Shown here one piece after another: positions 19,438 to 24,000 of a stretch of DNA of 24,000 nt (positions within the stretch are counted from its first letter, which is position 1; each line of letters begins with the position of its first letter). Location: NCBI RefSeq assembly GCF_000017305.1, contig NC_009664.2, positions 3,501,847-3,525,846 of the forward strand. Direction: 5' to 3'. The translations under genes and the position numbers were made by a program. The notes under the pieces were generated by a model. The model ran no database searches. It was not told where the DNA came from and saw only the letters and a program-made list of their open reading frames with translations. The stretch is from Kineococcus radiotolerans SRS30216 = ATCC BAA-149. GTDB lineage: Bacteria; Actinomycetota; Actinomycetes; Actinomycetales; Kineococcaceae.

Positions 19438-20229
19438 TCACCACCGCCGGTCCAGCGCCGCGAGCGCACCGGTCACGACGGGGGCCAGCGTCCGGGCCGA
19501 CCCCCGGGTCCCGGGTTGCCCGCTGCGCACCGCCGCCGCCAGCAGCACCCGCCGCCGGCCCCGCTGCGCGGTCCCGACGGTGACCGCCGTGCCGAAGCGG
19601 CCGGTCGCGGTGCTGCCGGTGAACGTCCACCCCCCGGGCAGCCGGGTCGCGGGGAACAGGGCGGCCAGCACCGCGCGCGTCCCCAGGGGCAGCGCCGCCC
19701 CGAGCAGCAGCACGCCGTGGCCGGTGGCGAGGGCGGTGACGGTCGTGGTGTCGCGCGGGTCCCAGGGAGCGACGTCGCAGCAGTCCGGGGCGGCCCGGTC
19801 CAGCCGGGTCCGCTCGTCCCCGAGCCCGCGGCAGAAGGCGGTCAGCGCCGCCCGGCCGCCGGCCTGGCGCACGAGGAGGTTGGTGGCGGTGGCGTCGCCC
19901 CGGCGCAGGGCGGCGTCGGCGAGGACGGTCACCGGCAGCTCCCCCTCCCGGTGCCAGGAGGACACGGGGGAGGAGCGGACGACGTGGCGGCGGGCGACGG
20001 GGACGACCCGGGTGAGGGCCGCGGGACCGCGGAAGCGCAGGAGCTTGCCCAGGGCCAGGCCGGCCGAGAGGGTCAGGACCGGGCAGGGCCGCTCACCCCG
20101 GTGCTCCAGGCGGCGGCCCGTGAGCAGGTCCGTGGCGCTCAGCGAGACCTCGCCGGGGTCGAGCTCCGCCCCCCGGCCCAGGACCCCCAGCAGCCCGAGG
20201 GTGACGGCGCTGCGTCGCGACACGTCCAC
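19438..20229 (-). CDS. Class A beta-lactamase-fold protein with substituted catalytic motifs (probable pseudoenzyme); Tat/Sec-like signal
   Basis: 263 aa. The GTG start at 20229 has GGAGGAGG upstream. 'ATNLLVRQAGGRAALTAFCRGLGDERTRLDRAAPD..DVAP.DPRDTTT' aligns by eye with the class A segment 'SDNTAANLL..GG...LTAF...GD..TRLDR.EPELNEA.P.D.RDTT'. The N-terminus is 'MDVSRRSAVTLGLLGVLG'. Confidence 0.75.
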   Translation of the reverse strand: MDVSRRSAVTLGLLGVLGRGAELDPGEVSLSATDLLTGRRLEHRGERPCPVLTLSAGLALGKLLRFRGPAALTRVVPVARRHVVRSSPVSSWHREGELPVTVLADAALRRGDATATNLLVRQAGGRAALTAFCRGLGDERTRLDRAAPDCCDVAPWDPRDTTTVTALATGHGVLLLGAALPLGTRAVLAALFPATRLPGGWTFTGSTATGRFGTAVTVGTAQRGRRRVLLAAAVRSGQPGTRGSARTLAPVVTGALAALDRRW

Positions 20230-20359
20230 GCCGCCTCCTCCGCCGGTCCCGGGAGGACCAGGGTGCTCCGTCGCGGCGGTCCGCGCCAGGGTGGCGGCGT
20301 GCCCTCTCCTCGGAGCGCGCCGGTCGTGCGCCCGACGTGGGCCCGGTCCCGCCCGCCGG

Positions 20360-21385
20360 TCAGGCCGGGCGCTGCCAGCCCAGGGCGGGTGCGACGTGCT
20401 CCACGATCGAGCTCATGAGGTGGGCGTTGTAGTCCACGCCGAGCGCGTTGGGGATCGTCACCAGCAGGGTGTCGGCCTCGCGGACGGCGGCGTCCTTCGC
20501 GAGCTGCTCGGCCACCACGTCCGGCTCGCCGGCGTAGGTCCGGCCGAAGCGGGCCAGGCCTGGTTCCCCGAGGGAGCCGACGCTGTCGGTGGAGTCGCGG
20601 TCACGGCCGAAGTAGGCCTCGTCGAGGTCGTCGACGATGGGCATGACGCTGCGCGACACCGAGACCCGCGGTTCGCGACGGTGCCCGGAGTCCTTCCAGA
20701 CCTGGCGGTACAGCGCGATCTGCTCGGCCTGCAGCTCGTCGAAGGGGATGCCGGTGTCCTCGGTGAGCAGGGTGGAGCTCATGAGGTTCAGGCCCTGCTC
20801 GGCGGTCCAGCGCGCGGTCGCGCGCGAGCCCGACCCCCACCAGATCCGGTCCGAGAGGCCCGGGGACTGCGGCAGGACCGGCAGTGCCCGCGAGCTGCCC
20901 GTCATCCGCGGGTTCGCTTCCGCGACCCTGCCGCCGGCGATGGCGTGGCGGAACACGTCGAGGTGGCGGCGGGCCATGTCGCCCTCGGTCTCGCCCTCGG
21001 CGGGGACGTACCCGAAGGTCGCCGGCCCGTGCAGCGCGGGCTCGGGTGAACCGCGGCTCACGCCGAGCTGCAGGCGGCCGTCGGAGAGGAGGTCGGTCAT
21101 CGCCGCCTCCTCCGCCATGTAGAGGGGGTTCTCGTAGCGCATGTCGATGACCCCGGTGCCGAGCTCGATGCGGCTCGTGCGGGCCGCCATCGCCGCGAGG
21201 ACGGGGAAGGGGGCCGCCTGCTGGCGGGCGAAGTGGTGGACGCGGACGTAGGCGCCGTCGAAGCCGAGCTCCTCGGCGGCCACCGCCAGCTCCACCGTCT
21301 GCACGAGGGCGTCCCGGGCGGTGCGCGCCGCCGAGCCGGGCACGGGCTGGTAGTGCCCGAAGGAGAGGAAACCGATGCGCTTCAC
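20360..21385 (-). CDS. Luciferase-like (LLM class) flavin-dependent oxidoreductase
   Basis: 341 aa. 'MKRIGFLSFGHY', 'ELGFDGAYVRVHHF' and 'RIELGTGVIDMRYENPLYMAEE' are typical of the bacterial-luciferase-like family. The start is GTG at 21385. Confidence 0.85.
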   Translation of the reverse strand: MKRIGFLSFGHYQPVPGSAARTARDALVQTVELAVAAEELGFDGAYVRVHHFARQQAAPFPVLAAMAARTSRIELGTGVIDMRYENPLYMAEEAAMTDLLSDGRLQLGVSRGSPEPALHGPATFGYVPAEGETEGDMARRHLDVFRHAIAGGRVAEANPRMTGSSRALPVLPQSPGLSDRIWWGSGSRATARWTAEQGLNLMSSTLLTEDTGIPFDELQAEQIALYRQVWKDSGHRREPRVSVSRSVMPIVDDLDEAYFGRDRDSTDSVGSLGEPGLARFGRTYAGEPDVVAEQLAKDAAVREADTLLVTIPNALGVDYNAHLMSSIVEHVAPALGWQRPA

Positions 21386-21431
21386 ACTTCATTGAACCAT
21401 CAAGTTCCCCGTCGTGTTCCAGGATGGGGGA

Positions 21432-22247
21432 GTGATCTCCAAGGACACCCAGCTGTGCATCTCCCTCTCCGGCCGCCCCAGCAACCTCGGGACCCGCTTC
21501 CACAACTTCCTCTACGCCGAGCTCGGCCTCGACTTCGTCTACAAGGCGTTCACCACCACCGACCTCGCCGCCGCCGTCGGCGGCATCCGCGCCCTCGGCA
21601 TCCGCGGGGCCGGGATCTCCATGCCCTTCAAGGAAGCCGTCATCCCCCTCGTCGACGCGCTCGAGCCCTCCGCCGCGGCCATCGACTCCGTCAACACGAT
21701 CGTCAACACCGACGACCACCTCGTCGCGCACAACACCGACTACCTCGCCGTCGCCGGGCTGCTCGCCTCCCACGGGATCCGCCCCGCCGGGACCGCCGCC
21801 GTCCTCGGCAGCGGCGGGATGGCCAAGGCGGCGCTCGCGGCCCTGCGCGACGCGGGTTTCGGAGACCTGCTCGTCGTCGCCCGCAACGACCAGGCCGGCC
21901 CGGCGCTGGCGCGGGCCTACGGCGCGCGCTGGCTGCCCGAGCTGGGGACCCAGCGCCCCGCCCTGCTGCTCAACGCCACCCCCGTCGGGATGGCCGGCGG
22001 TCCCGCGGCGGGCGACCTGCCCGCCCCGCGCGAGGCCGTCGAGGCCGCCGAGGCGGTCTTCGAGGTCGTCGCCGTCCCCGAGGAGACCCCGCTGGTCCGC
22101 CTCGGGCGGGAGCTGGGCAAGCGGGTCGTCACCGGCACCGAGGTCGCCGCCCTGCAGGCCGCGGAGCAGTTCGTCCTCTACACCGGGGTGCGTCCCGGCC
22201 CCGACCAGGTGAGCCGGGCGGGTGAGTTCTCGCGCGCCGCGGGCTGA
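21432..22247 (+). CDS. Shikimate 5-dehydrogenase-like protein (SdhL / HI0607-type AroE paralogue)
   Basis: '(M)ISKDTQLCISLSGRPSNLGTRFHNFLYAELGLDFVYKAFTT...ALGIRGAGISMPFKEAV...SVNTIVN...HNTDY' closely parallels the H. influenzae SdhL sequence as I recall it (MINKDTQLCMSLSGRPSNFG...). On that basis I set the start at GTG 21432 (AGGA 7 nt upstream) rather than the track start at 21414. Confidence 0.85.
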   Translation: MISKDTQLCISLSGRPSNLGTRFHNFLYAELGLDFVYKAFTTTDLAAAVGGIRALGIRGAGISMPFKEAVIPLVDALEPSAAAIDSVNTIVNTDDHLVAHNTDYLAVAGLLASHGIRPAGTAAVLGSGGMAKAALAALRDAGFGDLLVVARNDQAGPALARAYGARWLPELGTQRPALLLNATPVGMAGGPAAGDLPAPREAVEAAEAVFEVVAVPEETPLVRLGRELGKRVVTGTEVAALQAAEQFVLYTGVRPGPDQVSRAGEFSRAAG

Positions 22248-22287
22248 GCGGCGCGGTTCGCGCGGGTGGCGGGGTGACGATGCTCGG

Positions 22288-23229
22288 ATGCGCTCGTCAC
22301 CCTCCCGCCGCATCCAGCCCGCCCCGGCTCGTGCCGACGTCCCCGGGGTGACCAGCGCCCCCGGACCCCAGCCGCCGCTCCACCCCCGGCGAGCGGGCAG
22401 CGACGCCGGCGGCCGGTCGTGGACGGCCGTCCTGGTCGCCGTCCCGGCGGTGGGCGTGCTCGCCAGCGCCGTCGCCGCGGCCCTCGCCCCGGCGACGGTG
22501 GCCCTCCTCGTCGCCCTCGGCTGCGCGCTGGCCCTGGCCGGGGTCCTGGCCCTGGCGCTGGCCGCCGCTCACCGGGCCCACCGGGAGGCCGAGCGGGCCG
22601 CGGGTGCCCTGCTCTCGGCCCTGGAGGCCGCGCGCGGCGAGAACGTCGACGACGCCGTGACCGGCCTGCTCAACCGGCGCGGCCTCATGCTCGTCGGCAA
22701 CCAGGTCCTGGAGTCCGCTCGCCGCTCCGGGGGAGCGGTGCACGCCTGCGTCGTCGAGGTCACCCCCGCCGTCCGGCTCGGCGGCCCGGCCCCGACCCCC
22801 GAGCAGGCCCACCACCAGCGCGAGGCGGAGTGGGCGGCGACCGCGGTCGCGCTGCGCGCCGCGACCCGCACGTCCGACGTCGTCGCCCGCACCGAGGAGG
22901 GCCGCTTCGTCGTGCTGGGCCCCGGTGCCGGGCTGCACGCCCAGGAGCTGGAGCGCCGCGTGCGGGTCGGGCTCGCCCAGGAACGCCTCCAGGTGGCGGC
23001 CGCCGGCGTCCCGGCCCCCGCCGAGGGCGGGGAACGCCTCGCGCGGCTGTCCGTGGAGGTCGGGGCCGCGGTCCTCGCCCCCTGGGACGAGGGCGCCGTC
23101 CCCGAGCTGCTGGTCCGCGCCGAGCAGGCCCTCGCCCAGCGCCGGGCCCTGCGCCGCAGCACCCCCCAGCACGGCTGGGGGCGGCGGCGGGCCGACCGCA
23201 GCGCCCGCCCCGACCGCCCGCAGGCCTGA
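22288..23229 (+). CDS. Membrane-anchored degenerate GGDEF-domain protein (A-site lost, RxxD I-site retained)
   Basis: Two hydrophobic segments ('WTAVLVAVPAVGVLASAVAAAL', 'VALLVALGCALALAGVLALALAAA') are followed by 'DAVTGLLNRRGL', the canonical GGDEF-domain entry. 'RTSDVVARTEEGRFVVL' occupies the place of RxxD-N5-GG(D/E)EF. I chose ATG 22288 as the start because third-position GC is poor between GTG 22222 and 22288. Confidence 0.7.
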   Translation: MRSSPSRRIQPAPARADVPGVTSAPGPQPPLHPRRAGSDAGGRSWTAVLVAVPAVGVLASAVAAALAPATVALLVALGCALALAGVLALALAAAHRAHREAERAAGALLSALEAARGENVDDAVTGLLNRRGLMLVGNQVLESARRSGGAVHACVVEVTPAVRLGGPAPTPEQAHHQREAEWAATAVALRAATRTSDVVARTEEGRFVVLGPGAGLHAQELERRVRVGLAQERLQVAAAGVPAPAEGGERLARLSVEVGAAVLAPWDEGAVPELLVRAEQALAQRRALRRSTPQHGWGRRRADRSARPDRPQA

Positions 23230-23329
23230 CCGGCACGCCGGGCGCCCGACGGAGTAGGCTGTCCACGTGTCTTCCCGCCGACTCGCCGGCCGGCGCTGAG
23301 CTGCTGCGACCTCGCAGGTGCCGGCGCCG

Positions 23330-23353
23330 AGACCCCTCCTGAGCGAGGGGTCT
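23330..23353 (+). terminator. 9-bp stem / 6-nt loop hairpin (agacccctc-ctgagc-gaggggtct) followed by TTCC
   Basis: Read directly. It lies 100 nt after the GGDEF-like stop and 57 nt before the leuS start. It could terminate the upstream gene or act as an attenuator in a leuS leader. Confidence 0.4.
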
Positions 23354-23410
23354 TCCGCTGTCCGGAGGAGGTCTCCGGTGCGGGACGCACGGACGCACCG
23401 GGAGGACGAG

Positions 23411-24000
23411 ATGACGCAGACGGACACGCAGGCCACGGGGCCCGACCGCGCCGAGGAGCAGGACGGGCAGCGCTACGACGCGTTCGCCCTGCAGGAGAAG
23501 TGGTTGCCCGTCTGGGACGAGCGCAAGCCGTTCCGGAGCGGTGAACCGGGCGACGAGCGCCCGAAGAAGTACGTGCTGGACATGTTCCCCTACCCCTCGG
23601 GGGACCTGCACATGGGTCACGCCGAGGCCTACGCCCTCGGCGACGTCATCGCGCGGTACTGGCTGCAGCGCGGGTTCGACGTCATGCACCCCATCGGCTG
23701 GGACGCCTTCGGCCTGCCCGCCGAGAACGCCGCCATCAAGCGCGGCCTGGACCCGCGGCGGTGGACCTACGACAACATCGCCCAGCAGCGCGCCTCGATG
23801 CGCCGCTACGCGTGCTCCTTCGACTGGGACCGGGTCCTGCACACCTCCGACCCGGAGTACTACCGGTGGAACCAGTGGCTGTTCCTGAAGCTGTACGAGA
23901 AGGGCCTGGCCTACCGCAAGGACTCCCTGGTCAACTGGGACCCGGTCGACCAGACGGTGCTGGCCAACGAGCAGGTGCTGCCCGACGGCACCTCCGAGCG
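23411..24000 (+). CDS. leuS: Leucine--tRNA ligase, 5' partial (continues beyond the window)
   Basis: This frame is absent from the ORF track because it stays open to the window edge. ATG 23411 is preceded by GGGAGGA. Translation gives 'MTQTDTQ...[16 protein letters not shown]...[31 protein letters not shown]...[18 protein letters not shown]', with the class I HIGH motif and LeuS-typical blocks. Confidence 0.93.
   Translation, partial: MTQTDTQATGPDRAEEQDGQRYDAFALQEKWLPVWDERKPFRSGEPGDERPKKYVLDMFPYPSGDLHMGHAEAYALGDVIARYWLQRGFDVMHPIGWDAFGLPAENAAIKRGLDPRRWTYDNIAQQRASMRRYACSFDWDRVLHTSDPEYYRWNQWLFLKLYEKGLAYRKDSLVNWDPVDQTVLANEQVLPDGTSE

Noticed and set aside
22222-22287. GTG 22222 as the start of the GGDEF-like gene, overlapping the SdhL gene by 26 nt.
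   Set aside because: Many T-ending codons occur between 22222 and 22287, whereas GC3 rises after ATG 22288. The start remains uncertain.
23230-23410. A T-box riboswitch upstream of the aminoacyl-tRNA synthetase gene leuS.
   Set aside because: The region is too short for a T-box leader. I see no T-box consensus (AGGGUGGNACCGCG-like) and no specifier-loop architecture.

Overview
This is a very GC-rich chromosomal segment of actinobacterial type, densely coding, and most of it is conserved housekeeping synteny. On the + strand it reads rne (RNase E), rplU, rpmA, obg, proB, a small orphan ORF, proA, then nadD, rsfS, a GpgP-like histidine phosphatase, tRNA-Ala(GGC), and finally the 5' part of leuS.

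Non-core genes are interleaved with this backbone:
- **Left end:** a cytoplasmic GH27 glycosidase converges on a five-gene minus-strand operon. That operon has a Tat-lipoprotein solute-binding protein, two CUT1-type ABC permeases, a DszA/NtaA-like luciferase-like monooxygenase and a DszC/SfnB-like flavoprotein. Three of its four junctions are 4-nt start/stop overlaps.
- **Between proA and nadD:** a GT2 polyprenyl-phosphate glycosyltransferase and a 52-aa membrane peptide.
- **Between tRNA-Ala and leuS:** a class A beta-lactamase homologue with its catalytic motifs substituted, an LLM oxidoreductase divergent from an SdhL-type shikimate-dehydrogenase-like gene, and a membrane-anchored degenerate GGDEF protein that keeps an RxxD I-site.

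I found no CRISPR array, transposase, integrase, prophage or recognisable defence or toxin-antitoxin module, and I cannot point to a clear previously undescribed multi-gene system. The best candidates for follow-up are:
- the sugar-type importer coupled to sulfur-acquisition-type monooxygenases
- the pseudo-beta-lactamase
- the degenerate GGDEF receptor candidate
- the roughly 700-bp non-coding region upstream of rne
- a structured leuS leader

Many long ORFs in the supplied track are antisense or out-of-frame shadows typical of high-GC DNA. Several track entries are over-extended at the 5' end, and I re-derived those starts from RBS position, third-position GC and known N-termini. The track translates GTG starts as M. 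All family assignments rest on recognising motifs by eye, not on database searches.
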